Assembly: GCA_964016885.1 (NCBI GenBank)
Contig: OZ024748.1
Location: 37,634,001-37,698,000 of the forward strand
From: Eledone cirrhosa
Lineage: Eukaryota
Direction of reading: 5' to 3'
Length of the DNA stretch: 64,000 bases
Shown here: positions 15,001-30,000 of the stretch, in pieces
Numbering within the stretch: position 1 is the stretch's first letter
Layout of the letters: every line of letters begins with the position of its first letter
Program-made: the position numbers and the translations under genes
The notes under the pieces: model-generated
Databases searched by the model: none
The model's input: the letters and a program-made list of their open reading frames with translations, nothing else
Told to the model about the DNA's origin: nothing

Positions 15001-18000
15001 TATGTCAATGTCAGTGTCAGTGTTAACTACCTCTAGATCTAGTATGACAATGTTAGTGTCAGTGTTAACTACCTCTAGATCTAGTATGACAATGTTAATA
15101 TCAGTGTTAACTACCTCTAGATCTAGTATGGCAATGTAAGTGTTAACTACCTCTAGATCTATTATGACAATGTTAGTGTCAGTGTTAACTACCTCTAGAT
15201 CTAGTATGACAATGTCAGTGTCAGTGTTAACTACCTCTAGATCTAATATGACAATGTCAGTGTCAGTGTTAACTACCTCTAGATCTAGTATGACAATGTC
15301 AGTGTCAGAGTTAACTACCTCTAGATCTAGTATGACAATGTCAGTGTCAGTGTTAACTACCTCTAGATCTAGTGTGACAATGTTAGTGTCAGTGTTAACT
15401 ACCTCTAGATCTAGTATGACAATGTTAGTGTCAGTGTTAACTACCTCTAGATCTAGTATGGCAATGTCAGTGTTAACTACCTCTAGATCTAGTATGACAA
15501 TGTTAGTGTCAGTGTTAACTACCTCTAGATCTAGTATGGCAATGTCAGTGTCAGTGTTAACTACCTCTAGATCTAGTATGACAATGTCAGTGTCAGTGTT
15601 AACTACCTCTAGATCTAGTATGACAATGTCAGTGTCAGTGTTAACTACCTCTAGATCTAGTATGACAATGTCAGTGTCAGTGTTAACTACCACTAGATCT
15701 AGTATGTCAATGTCAGTGTCAGTGTTAACTACCTCTAGATCTAGTGTGACAATGTTAGTGTCAGTGATAACTACCTCTAGATCTAGTGTGACAATGTTAG
15801 TGTCAGTGATAACTACCTCTAGATCTAGTATGACAATGTTAGTGTCAGTGTTAACTACCACTAGATCTAGTATGACAATGTCAGTGTCAATGTTAACTAC
15901 CTCTAGATCTAGTATGACAAAGTGTCAGTGTTAACTACCTCTAGATCTAGTATGACAATGTTAGTGTCAGTGTTAACTACCACTAGATCTAGTATGACAA
16001 TGTTAGTATCAGTGTTAACTACCACTAGATCTAGTATGGCAATGTCAGTGTCAGTGTTAACTACCTCTAGATCTAGTATGACAATGTTAGTGTCAGTGTT
16101 AACTACCTCTAGATCTAGTATGACAATGTCAGTGTCAGTGTTAACTACCTCTAGATCTAGTATGGCAATGTCAGTGTTAACTACCTCTAGATCTAGTATG
16201 ACAATGTTAGTGTCAGTGTTAACTACCTCTAGATCTAGTATGGCAATGTCAGTGTCAGTGTTAACTACCTCTAGATCTAGTATGGCAATGTAAGTGTTAA
16301 CTACCTCTAGATCTAGTATGACAATGTTAGTGTCAGTGTTAACTACCTCTAAATCTAGTATGACAATGTCAGTGTCAGTGTTAACTACCTCTAGATCTAG
16401 TGTGACAATGTTAGTGTCAGTGTTACCTACCTCTAGATCTATTATGACAATGTTAGTGTCAGTGTTACCTACCTCTACATCTAGTATGACAATGTTAGTG
16501 TCAGTGTTAACTAGCTCTAGATCTAGTATGACAATGTTAGTGTCAGTGTTAACTACCTCTAGATCTAGTGTGACAATGTTAGTGTCAGTGTTAACTACCT
16601 CTAGATCTAGTATGACAACGTCAGTGTCAGTGTTAACTACCTCTAGATCTAGTATAACAATGTCAGTGACAGTGATAACTACCTCTAGATCTAGTATGAC
16701 AATGTCAGTGTCAGTGTTAACTACCTCTAGATCTAGTATGACAATGTTAGTGTCAGTGTTAACTACCACTAGATCTAGTATGTCAATGTCAGTGTCAGTG
16801 ATAACTACCTCTAGATCTAGTATGACAATGTCAGTGTCAGTGTTAACTACCTCTAGATCGAGTGTGACAATGTTAGTGTCAGTGTTAACTACCACTAGAT
16901 CTAGTATGTCAATGTCAGTGTCAGTGTTAACTACCTCTAGATCTAGTATGACAATGTTAGTGTCAGTGTTAACTACCTCTAGATCTAGTATGACAATGTT
17001 AATATCAGTGTTAACTACCTCTAGATCTAGTATGGCAATGTAAGTGTTAACTACCTCTAGATCTATTATGACAATGTTAGTGTCAGTGTTAACTACCTCT
17101 AGATCTAGTATGACAATGTCAGTGTCAGTGTTAACTACCTCTAGATCTAGTATGGCAATGTAAGTGTTAACTACCTCTAGATCTAGTATGACAACGTTAG
17201 TGTCAGTGTTAACTACCTCTAAATCTAGTATGACAATGTCAGTGTCAGTGTTAACTACCTCTAGATCTAGTGTGACAATGTTAGTGTCAGTGTTACCTAC
17301 CTCTAGATCTATTATGACAATGTTAGTGTCAGTGTTACCTACCTCTACATCTAGTATGACAATGTTAGTGTCAGTGTTAACTAGCTCTAGATCTAGTATG
17401 ACAATGTTAGTGTCAGTGTTAACTACCTCTAGATCTAGTGTGACAATGTTAGTGTCAGTGTTAACTACCTCTAGATCTAGTATGACAACGTCAGTGTCAG
17501 TGTTAACTACCTCTAGATCTAGTATAACAATGTCAGTGACAGTGATAACTACCTCTAGATCTAGTATGACAATGTCAGTGTCAGTGTTAACTACCTCTAG
17601 ATCTAGTATGACAATGTTAGTGTCAGTGTTAACTACCACTAGATCTAGTATGTCAATGTCAGTGTCAGTGTTAACTACCTCTAGATCTAGTATGACAATG
17701 TTAGTGTCAGTGTTAACTACCTCTAGATCTAGTATGACAATGTTAATATCAGTGTTAACTACCTCTAGATCTAGTATGGCAATGTAAGTGTTAACTACCT
17801 CTAGATCTATTATGACAATGTTAGTGTCAGTGTTAACTACCTCTAGATCTAGTATGACAATGTCAGTGTCAGTGTTAACTACCTCTAGATCTAATATGAC
17901 AATGTCAGTGTCAGTGTTAACTACCTCTAGATCTAGTATGACAATGTTAGTGTCAGTGTTAACTACCTCTAGATCTAGTGTGACAATGTTAGTGTCAGTG

Positions 18001-21000
18001 ATAACTACCTCTAGATCTAGTATGACAATGTTAGTGTCAGTGTTAACTACCACTAGATCTAGTATGACAATGTCAGTGTCAGTGTTAACTACCTCTAGAT
18101 CTAGTATGACAAAGTGTCAGTGTTAACTACCTCTAGATCTAGTATGACAATGTTACTGTCAGTGTTAACTACCACTAAATCTAGTATGACAATGTTAGTA
18201 TCAGTGTTAACTACCACTAGATCTAGTATGACAATGTCAGTGTCAGTGTTAACTACCTCTAGATCTAGTGTGACAATGTTAGTGTCAGGGTTAACTACCT
18301 CTAGATCTAGTATGGCAATGTCAGTGTCAGTGTTAACTACCTCTAGATCTAGTATGACAATGTTAGTGTCAGTTTTAACTACCTCTAGATCTAGTATGGC
18401 AATGTCAGTGTCAGTGTTAACTATCTCTAGATCTAGTATGTCAGTGTCAATGTTAACTACCTCTAGATCTAGTGTGACAATGTTAGTGTCAGTGTTAACT
18501 ACCACTAGATCTAGTAACGCAATGTCAGTGTCAGTGTTGACTACCTCTAGATCTAGTATGACGATGTTAGTGTCAGAGTTATCTACCTCTAGATCTAGTA
18601 TGACAATGTTAGTATCAGTGTTAACTACCACTAGATCTAGTATGGCAATGTCAGTGTTAACTACCTCTAGATCTAGTATGGCAATGTAAGTGTTAACTAC
18701 CTCTAGATCTAGTATGACAATGTATGTGATAACTACCTCTAGATCTAGTATGGCAATGTATGTGATAACTACCTCTAGATCTAGGATGACAATGTTAGTG
18801 CCAGTGTTAACTACCTCTAGATCTAGTATGGCAATGTCAGTGTTAACTACCACTAGATCTAGTATGACAATGTTAGTGTCAGTGTTAACTACCACCAGAT
18901 CTAGTATGGCAATGTCAGTGTCAGTGTTAACTACCTCTCGATATAGTATGGCAATGTAAATGTTAACTACCACCAGATCTAGTATGGCAATGTTAGTGTC
19001 AGTGTTAACTACCTCTAGATCTAGTATGACAATGTTAGTGTCAGTGTTAACTACCTCTAGATCTAGTATGACAATGTCAGTGTCAGTGTTAACTACCTCT
19101 AGATCTAGTATGACAATGTTAGTGTCAGTGTTAACTACCTCTAGATCTAGTGTGACAATGTTAGTGTCAGTGATAACTACCTCTAGATCTAGTATGACAA
19201 TGTTAGTGTCAGTGTTAACTACCACTAGATCTAGTATGACAATGTCAGTGTCAGTGTTAACTACCTCTAGATCTAGTATGACAAAGTGTCAGTGTTAACT
19301 ACCTCTAGATCTAGTATGACAATGTTACTGTCAGTGTTAACTACCACTAAATCTAGTATGACAATGTTAGTATCAGTGTTAACTACCACTAGATCTAGTA
19401 TGGCAATGTCAGTGTCAGTGTTAACTACCACTAGATCTAGTATGGCAATGTCAGTGTCAGTGTTACCTACCTCTAGATCTAGTATGACAATGTTAGTGTC
19501 AGTGTTAACTACCACTAGATCTAGTATGTCAATGTCAGTGTCAGTGATAACTACCTCTAGATCTAGTATGACAATGTCAGTGTTAACTACCTCTAGATCG
19601 AGTGTGACAATGTTAGTGTCAGTGTTAACTACCACTAGATCTAGTATGTCAATGTCAGTGTCAGTGTTAACTACCTCTAGATCTAGTATGACAATGTTAG
19701 TGTCTGTGTTAACTACCTCTAGATCTAGTATGACAATGTTAGTATCAGTGTTAACTACCTCTAGATCTAGTATGGCAATGTCAGTCTTAACTACCTCTAG
19801 ATCTAGTATGGCAATGTCAGTGTTAACTACCTCTAGATCTAGTATGGCAATGTAAGTGTTAACTACCTCTAGATCTATTATGACAATGTTAGTGTCAGTG
19901 TTAACTACCTCTAGATCTAGTATGACCATGTCAGTGTCAGTGTTAACTACCTCTAGATCTAGTATGGCAATGTATGTGATAACTACCTCTAGATCTAGTA
20001 TGACAATGTTAGTGTCAGAGTTTACTACCTCTAGATCTAGTGTGACAATGTTAGTGTCCGTGGTAACTACCTCTAGATCTAGTATGGCAATGTCAGTGTC
20101 AGTGTTAACTACCTCTAGATCTAGTATGACAATGTCAGTGTCAGTGTTAACTACCTCTAGATCTATTATGACAATGTCAGTGTCAGTGTTAACTACCTCT
20201 AGATCTAGTATGACAATGTCAGTGTCAGAGTTAACTACCTCTAGATCTAGTATGACAATGTCAGTGTCAGTGTTAACTACCTCTAGATCTAGTGTGACAA
20301 TGTTAGTGTCAGTGTTAACTACCTCTAGATCTAGTATGGCAATGTCAGTGTCAGTGTTAACTACCTCTAGATCTAGTATGACAATGTTAGTGTCAGTGTT
20401 AACTACCTCTAGATCTAGTATGGCAATGTCAGTGTCAGTGTTAACTATCTCTATATCTAGTATGTCAGTGTCAATGTTAACTACCTCTAGATCTAGTGTG
20501 ACAATGTTAGTGTCAGTGTTAACTACCACTAGATCTAGTAACGCAATGTCAGTGTCAGTGTTAACTACCTCCAGATCTAGTATGACGATGTTAGTGTCAG
20601 TGTTATCTACCCCTAGATCTAGTATGACAATGTTAGTATCAGTGTTAACTACCACTAGATCTAGTATGGCAATGTCAGTGTTAACTACCTCTAGATCTAG
20701 TATGGCAATGTAAGTGTTAACTACCTCTAGATCTAGTATGACAATGTATGTGATAACTACCTCTAGATCTAGTATGGCAATGTATGTGATAACTACCTCT
20801 AGATCTAGTATGGCAATGTATGTGATAACTACCTCTAGATCTAGGATGACAATGTTAGTGTCAGAGTTTACTACCTCTAGATCTAGTGTGACAATGTTAG
20901 TGTCAGTGTTAACTACCTCTAGATCTAGTATGACAATGTCAGTGTCAGAGTTAACTACCTCTAGATCTAGTATGACAATGTCAGTGTCAGTGTTAACTAC

Positions 21001-24000
21001 CTCTAGATCTAGTGTGACAATGTTAGTGTCAGTGTTAACTACCTCTAGATCTAGTATGGCAATGTCAGTGTCAGTGTTAACTACCTCTAGATCTAGTATG
21101 GCAATGTCAGTGTCAGTGTTAACTATCTCTATATCTAGTATGTCAGTGTCAATGTTAACTACCTCTAGATCTAGTGTGACAATGTTAGTGTCAGTGTTAA
21201 CTACCACTAGATCTAGTAACGCAATGTCAGTGTCAGTGTTAACTACCTCCAGATCTAGTATGACGATGTTAGTGTCAGTGTTATCTACCCCTAGATCTAG
21301 TATGACAATGTTAGTATCAGTGTTAACTACCACTAGATCTAGTATGGCAATGTCAGTGTTAACTACCTCTAGATCTAGTATGGCAATGTAAGTGTTAACT
21401 ACCTCTAGATCTAGTATGACAATGTATGTGATAACTACCTCTAGATCTAGTATGGCAATGTATGTGATAACTACCTCTAGATCTAGTATGGCAATGTATG
21501 TGATAACTACCTCTAGATCTAGGATGACAATGTTAGTGTCAGAGTTTACTACCTCTAGATCTAGTGTGACAATGTTAGTGTCAGTGTTAACTACCTCTAG
21601 ATCTAGTATGACAATGTCAGTGTCAGAGTTAACTACCTCTAGATCTAGTATGACAATGTCAGTGTCAGTGTTAACTACCTCTAGATCTAGTATGGCAATG
21701 TCAGTGTCAGTGTTAACTACCTCTAGATCTAGTATGACAATGTTAGTGTCAGTGTTAACTACCTCTAGATCTAGTATGGCAATGTCAGTGTCAGTGTTAA
21801 CTATCTCTAGATCTAGTATGTCAGTGTCAATGTTAACTACCTCTAGATCTAGTGTGACAATGTTAGTGTCAATGTTAACTACCACTAGATCTAGTAACGC
21901 ATTGTCAGTGTCAGTGTTAACTACCTCCAGATCTAGTATGACGATGTTAGTGTCAGTGTTATCTACCTCTAGATCTAGTATAATAATGTTAGTATCAGTG
22001 TTAACTACCACTAGATCTAGTATGGCAATGTCAGTGTTAACTACCTCTAGATCTAGTATGGCAATGTAAGTGTTAACTAACTCTAGATCTAGTATGACAA
22101 TGTATGTGATAACTACCTCTAGATCTAGTATGGCAATGTATGTGATAACTACCTCTAGATCTAGTATGGCAATGTATGTGATAACTACCTCTAGATCTAG
22201 GATGACAATGTTAGTGTCAGAGTTTACTACCTCTAGATCTAGTGTGACAATGTTAGTGTCAGTGTTAACTACCTCTAGATCTAGTATGACAATGTCAGTG
22301 TCAGAGTTAACTACCTCTAGATCTAGTATGACAATGTCAGTGTCAGTGTTAACTACCTCTAGATCTAGTGTGACAATGTTAGTGTCAGTGTTAACTACCT
22401 CTAGATCTAGTATGGCAATGTCAGTGTCAGTGTTAACTACCTCTAGATCTAGTATGACAATGTTAGTGTCAGTGTTAACTACCTCTAGATCTAGTATGGC
22501 AATGTCAGTGTCAGTGTTAACTATCTCTAGATCTAGTATGTCAGTGTCAATGTTAACTACCTCTAGATCTAGTGTGACAATGTTAGTGTCAGTGTTAACT
22601 ACCACTAGATCTAGTAACGCAATGTCAGTGTCAGTGTTAACTACCTCTAGATCTAGTATGACGATGTTAGTGTACAGTGTTATCTACCTCTAGATCTAGT
22701 ATGACAATGTTAGTATCAGTGTTAACTACCACTAGATCTAGTATGGCAATGTCAGTGTTAACTACCTCTAGATCTAGTATGGCAATGTAAGTGTTAACTA
22801 CCTCTAGATCTAGTATGACAATGTATGTGATAACTACCTCTAGATCTAGTATGGCAATGTATGTGATAACTACCTCTAGATCTAGTATGGCAATGTATAT
22901 GATAACTACCTCTAGATCTAGGATGACAATGTTAGTGTCAGAGTTTACTACCTCTAGATCTAGTGTGACAATGTTAGTGTCAGTGTTAACTACCTCTAGA
23001 TCTAGTATGACAATGTTAGTGTCAGTGTTAACTACCTCTAGATCTAGTATGGCAATGTCAGTGTTAACTACCACTAGATCTAGTATGGCAATGTCAGTGT
23101 TAACTACCACTAGATCTAGTATGACAATGTTAGTGTCAGTGTTAACTACCTCTAGATCTAGTATGACAATGTTAGTGTTAACTACCTCTAGATCTAGTAT
23201 GGCAATGTCAGTGTTATCTACCACTAGATCTAGTATGACAATGTTAGTGTCAGTGTTAACTACCTCTAGATCTAGTATGACAATGTTAGTGTCAGTGTTA
23301 ACTACCTCTAGATCTAGTATGGCAATGTCAGTGTTAACTACCACTAGATCTAGTATGGCAATGTCAGTGTTAACTACCACTAGATCTAGTATGACAATGT
23401 TAGTGTCAGTGTTAACTACCTCTAGATCTAGTATGGCAATGTCAGTGTTAACTACCTCTAGATCTAGTATGGCAATGTCAGTGTTATCTACCACTAGATC
23501 TAGTATGACAATGTTAGTGTCAGTGTTAACTACCTCTAGATCTAGTATGACAATGTTAGTGTCAGTGTTAACTACCACCAGATCTAGTATGGCAATGTCA
23601 GTGTCAGTGTTATCTACCTCTCGATCTAGTATGGCAATGTAAATGTTAACTACCACCAGATCTAGTATGGCAATGTTAGTGTCAGTGTTAACTACCTCTA
23701 GATCTAGTATGACAATGTTAGTGTCAGTGTTAACTACCTCTAGATCTAGTATGACAATGTCAGTGTCAGTGTTAACTACCTCTAGATCTAGTATGACAAT
23801 GTTAGTGTCAGTGTTAACTACCTCTAGATCTAGTGTGACAATGTTAGTGTCAGTAATAACTACCTCTAGATCTAGTATGACAATGTTAGTGTCAGTGTTA
23901 ACTACCACTAGATCTAGTATGACAATGTCAGTGTCAGTGTTAACTACCTCTAGATCTAGTATGACAAAGTGTCAGTGTTAACTACCTCTAGATCTAGTAT

Positions 24001-27000
24001 GACAATGTTAGTGTCAGTGTTAACTACCACTAGATCTAGTATGACAATGTTAGTATCAGTGTTAACTACCACTAGATCTAGTATGGCAATGTCAGTGTCA
24101 GTGTTAACTACCACTAGATCTAGTATGGCAATGTCAGTGTCAGTGTTACCTACCTCTAGATCTAGTATGACAATGTTAGTGTCAGTGTTAACTACCACTA
24201 GATCTAGTATGACAATGTCAGTGTCAGTGTTAACTACCTCTAGATCTAGTATGACAATGTCAGAGTTAACTACCACTAGATCTAGTATGTCAATGTCAGT
24301 GTCAGTGATAACTACCTCTAGATCTAGTATGACAATGTCAGTGTTAACTACCTCTAGATCTAGTATGGCAATGTCAGTGTCAGTTTTAACTACCTCTAGA
24401 TCTAGTATGACAACGTCAGTGTCAGTGTTAACTACCGCTAGATCTAGTATGGCAATGTAAGTGTTAACTAGCTCTAGATCTAGTATGACAATGTCAGTGT
24501 CAGTGTTAACTACCTCTAGATCTAGTATGACAATGTCAGTGTCAGTGTTAACTACCTCTAGATCTAGTATGACAATGTCAGTGTCAGTGTTAACTACCTC
24601 TAGATCTAGTATGACAATGTCAGTGTCAGTGTTAACTACCTCTAGATCTAGTATGACAATGTCAGTGTCAGTGTTAACTACCTCTAGATCTAGTATGACA
24701 ATGTTAGTGTCAGTGTTAACTACCACTAGATCTAGTATGACAATGTCATTGTCAGTGTTAACTACCTCTAGATCTAGTATGACAATGTCAGTGTCAGTGT
24801 TAACTACCTCTAGATCTAGTATGACAATGTCAGTGTCAGTGTTAACTACCTCTAGATCTAGTATGACAATGTCAGTGTCAGTGTTAACTACCTCTAGATG
24901 TAGTATGACAATGTCAGTGTCAGTGTTAACTACTTCTAGATCTAGTATGACAATGTTAGTGTCAGTGTTAACTACCTCTAGATCTAGTATGGCAATGTCA
25001 GTGTCAGTGTTAACTATCTCTAGATCTAGTATGTCAGTGTCAATGTTAACTACCTCTAGATCTAGTGTGACAATGTTAGTGTCAGTGTTAACTACTACTA
25101 GATCTAGTAACGCAATGTCAGTGTCAGTGTTAACTACCTCTAGATCTAGTATGACGATGTTAGTGTACAGTGTTATCTACCTCTAGATCTATTATGACAA
25201 TGTTAGTATCAGTGTTAACTACCACTAGATCTAGTATGGCAATGTCAGTGTTAACTACCTCTAGATCTAGTATGGCAATGTAAGTGTTAACTACCTCTAG
25301 ATCTAGTATGACAATGTATGTGATAACTACCTCTAGATCTAGTATGGCAATGTATGTGATAACTACCTCTAGATCTAGTATGGCAATGTATATGATAACT
25401 ACCTCTAGATCTAGGATGACAATGTTAGTGTCAGAGTTTACTACCTCTAGATCTAGTGTGACAATGTTAGTGTCAGTGCTAACTACCTCTAGATCTAGTA
25501 TGACAATGTTAGTGTCAGTGTTAACTACCTCTAGATCTAGTATGGCAATGTCAGTGTTAACTACCACTAGATCTAGTATGACAATGTTAGTGTCAGTGTT
25601 AACTACCTCTAGATCTAGTATGACAATGTTAGTGTCAGTGTTAACTACCACCAGATCTAGTATGGCAATGTCAGTGTCAGTGTTATCTACCTCTCGATCT
25701 AGTATGGCAATGTAAATGTTAACTACCACCAGATCTAGTATGGCAATGTTAGTGTCAGTGTTAACTACCTCTAGATCTAGTATGACAATGTTAGTGTCAG
25801 TGTTAACTACCTCTAGATCTAGTATGACAATGTCAGTGTCAGTGTTAACTACCTCTAGATCTAGTATGACAATGTTAGTGTCAGTGTTAACTACCTCTAG
25901 ATCTAGTGTGACAATGTTAGTGTCAGTAATAACTACCTCTAGATCTAGTATGACAATGTTAGTGTCAGTGTTAACTACCACTAGATCTAGTATGACAATG
26001 TCAGTGTCAGTGTTAACTACCTCTAGATCTAGTATGACAAAGTGTCAGTGTTAACTACCTCTAGATCTAGTATGACAATGTTAGTGTCAGTGTTAACTAC
26101 CACTAGATCTAGTATGACAATGTTAGTATCAGTGTTAACTACCACTAGATCTAGTATGGCAATGTCAGTGTCAGTGTTAACTACCACTAGATCTAGTATG
26201 GCAATGTCAGTGTCAGTGGTACCTACCTCTAGATCTAGTATGACAATGTTAGTGTCAGTGTTAACTACCACTAGATCTAGTATGACAATGTCAGTGTCAG
26301 TGTTAACTACCTCTAGATCTAGTATGACAATGTCAGAGTTAACTACCACTAGATCTAGTATGTCAATGTCAGTGTCAGTGTTAACTACCTCTAGATCTAT
26401 TATGACAATGTTAGTGTCAGTGTTAACTACCACTAGATCTAGTATGTCAATGTCAGTGTCAGTGATAACTACCTCTAGATCTAGTATGACAATGTCAGTG
26501 TCAGTGTTAACTACCTCTAGATCTAGTATGGCAATGTCAGTGTCAGTGTTAACTACCTCTAGATCTAGTATGACAACGTCAGTGTCAGTGTTAACTATCG
26601 CTAGATCTAGTATGGCAATGTAAGTGTTAACTAGCTCTAGATCTAGTATGACAATGTCAGTGTCAGTGTTAACTACCTCTAGATCTAGTATGACAATATC
26701 AGTGTCAGTGTTAACTACCTCTAGATCTAGTATGACAATGTCAGTGTCAGTGTTAACTACCTCTAGATCTAGTATGACAATGTCAGTGTCAGTGTTAACT
26801 ACCTCTAGATCTAGTATGACAATGTCAGTGTCAGTGTTAACTACCTCTAGATCTAGTATGACAATGTTAGTGTCAGTGTTAACTACCACTAGATCTAGTA
26901 TGACAATGTCATTGTCAGTGTTAACTACCTCTAGATCTAGTATGACAATGTCAGTGTCAGTGTTAACTACCTCTAGATCTAGTATGACAATGTCAGTGTC

Positions 27001-30000
27001 AGTGTTAACTACCTCTAGATCTAGTATGACAATGTCAGTGTCAGTGTTAACTACCTCTAGATGTAGTATGACAATGTCAGTGTCAGTGTTAACTACTTCT
27101 AGATCTAGTATGACAATGTTAGTGTCAGTGTTAACTACCTCTAGATCTAGTGTGACAATGTCAGTGTCAGTGTTAACTACCACTAGATCTAGTGTGACAA
27201 TGTTAGTGTCAGTGTTTACTACCTCTAGATCTAGTATGACAATGTTAGTGTCAGTGTTTACTACCTCTAGATCTAGTATGTCAATGTTAACTACCTCTAG
27301 ATCTAGTATGACAATGTCAGTGTCAGTTTTAACTACCTCTAGATCTAGTATGACAATGTCAGTGTCAGTGTTAACTACCTCTAGATCTAGTATGGCAATG
27401 TCAGTGTCAGTGTTAACTACCTCTAGATCTAGTATGACAACGTCAGTGTCAGTGTTAACTATCGCTAGATCTAGTATGGCAATGTAAGTGTTAACTAGCT
27501 CTAGATCTAGTATGACAATGTCAGTGTCAGTGTTAACTACCTCTAGATCTAGTATGACAATATCAGTGTCAGTGTTAACTACCTCTAGATCTAGTATGAC
27601 AATGTCAGTGTCAGTGTTAACTACCTCTAGATCTAGTATGACAATGTCAGTGTCAGTGTTAACTACCTCTAGATCTAGTATGACAATGTCAGTGTCAGTG
27701 TTAACTACCTCTAGATCTAGTATGACAATGTTAGTGTCAGTGTTAACTACCACTAGATCTAGTATGACAATGTCATTGTCAGTGTTAACTACCTCTAGAT
27801 CTAGTATGACAATGTCAGTGTCAGTGTTAACTACCTCTAGATCTAGTATGACAATGTCAGTGTCAGTGTTAACTACCTCTAGATCTAGTATGACAATGTC
27901 AGTGTCAGTGTTAACTACCTCTAGATGTAGTATGACAATGTCAGTGTCAGTGTTAACTACTTCTAGATCTAGTATGACAATGTTAGTGTCAGTGTTAACT
28001 ACCTCTAGATCTAGTGTGACAATGTCAGTGTCAGTGTTAACTACCACTAGATCTAGTGTGACAATGTTAGTGTCAGTGTTTACTACCTCTAGATCTAGTA
28101 TGACAATGTTAGTGTCAGTGTTTACTACCTCTAGATCTAGTATGTCAATGTTAACTACCTCTAGATCTAGTATGACAATGTCAGTGTCAGTTTTAACTAC
28201 CACTAGATCTAGTATGACAATGTCAGTGTCAGTGTTAACTACCTCTAGATCTAGTATGACAATGTCAGTGTCAGTGTTAACTACCTCTAGATGTAGTATG
28301 ACAATGTCAGTGTCAGTGTTAACTACTTCTAGATCTAGTATGACAATGTTAGTGTCAGTGTTAACTACCTCTAGATCTAGTATGGCAATGTCAGTGTCAG
28401 TGTTAACTATCTCTAGATCTAGTATGTCAGTGTCAATGTTAACTACCTCTAGATCTAGTGTGACAATGTTAGTGTCAGTGTTAACTACTACTAGATCTAG
28501 TAACGCAATGTCAGTGTCAGTGTTAACTACCTCTAGATCTAGTATGACGATGTTAGTGTACAGTGTTATCTACCTCTAGATCTATTATGACAATGTTAGT
28601 ATCAGTGTTAACTACCACTAGATCTAGTATGGCAATGTCAGTGTTAACTACCTCTAGATCTAGTATGGCAATGTAAGTGTTAACTACCTCTAGATCTAGT
28701 ATGACAATGTATGTGATAACTACCTCTAGATCTAGTATGGCAATGTATGTGATAACTACCTCTAGATCTAGTATGGCAATGTATATGATAACTACCTCTA
28801 GATCTAGGATGACAATGTTAGTGTCAGAGTTTACTACCTCTAGATCTAGTGTGACAATGTTAGTGTCAGTGCTAACTACCTCTAGATCTAGTATGACAAT
28901 GTTAGTGTCAGTGTTAACTACCTCTAGATCTAGTATGGCAATGTCAGTGTTAACTACCACTAGATCTAGTATGACAATGTTAGTGTCAGTGTTAACTACC
29001 TCTAGATCTAGTATGACAATGTTAGTGTCAGTGTTAACTACCACCAGATCTAGTATGGCAATGTCAGTGTCAGTGTTATCTACCTCTCGATCTAGTATGG
29101 CAATGTAAATGTTAACTACCACCAGATCTAGTATGGCAATGTTAGTGTCAGAGTTAACTACCTCTAGATCTAGTATGACAATGTTAGTGTCAGTGTTAAC
29201 TACCTCTAGATCTAGTATGACAATGTCAGTGTCAGTGTTAACTACCTCTAGATCTAGTATGACAATGTTAGTGTCAGTGTTAACTACCTCTAGATCTAGT
29301 GTGACAATGTTAGTGTCAGTAATAACTACCTCTAGATCTAGTATGACAATGTTAGTGTCAGTGTTAACTACCACTAGATCTAGTATGACAATGTCAGTGT
29401 CAGTGTTAACTACCTCTAGATCTAGTATGACAAAGTGTCAGTGTTAACTACCTCTAGATCTAGTATGACAATGTTAGTGTCAGTGTTAACTACCACTAGA
29501 TCTAGTATGACAATGTTAGTATCAGTGTTAACTACCACTAGATCTAGTATGGCAATGTCAGTGTCAGTGTTAACTACCACTAGATCTAGTATGGCAATGT
29601 CAGTGTCAGTGGTACCTACCTCTAGATCTAGTATGACAATGTTAGTGTCAGTGTTAACTACCACTAGATCTAGTATGACAATGTCAGTGTCAGTGTTAAC
29701 TACCTCTAGATCTAGTATGACAATGTCAGAGTTAACTACCACTAGATCTAGTATGTCAATGTCAGTGTCAGTGTTAACTACCTCTAGATCTATTATGACA
29801 ATGTTAGTGTCAGTGTTAACTACCACTAGATCTAGTATGTCAATGTCAGTGTCAGTGATAACTACCTCTAGATCTAGTATGACAATGTCAGTGTCAGTGT
29901 TAACTACCTCTAGATCTAGTATGGCAATGTCAGTGTCAGTGTTAACTACCTCTAGATCTAGTATGACAACGTCAGTGTCAGTGTTAACTATCGCTAGATC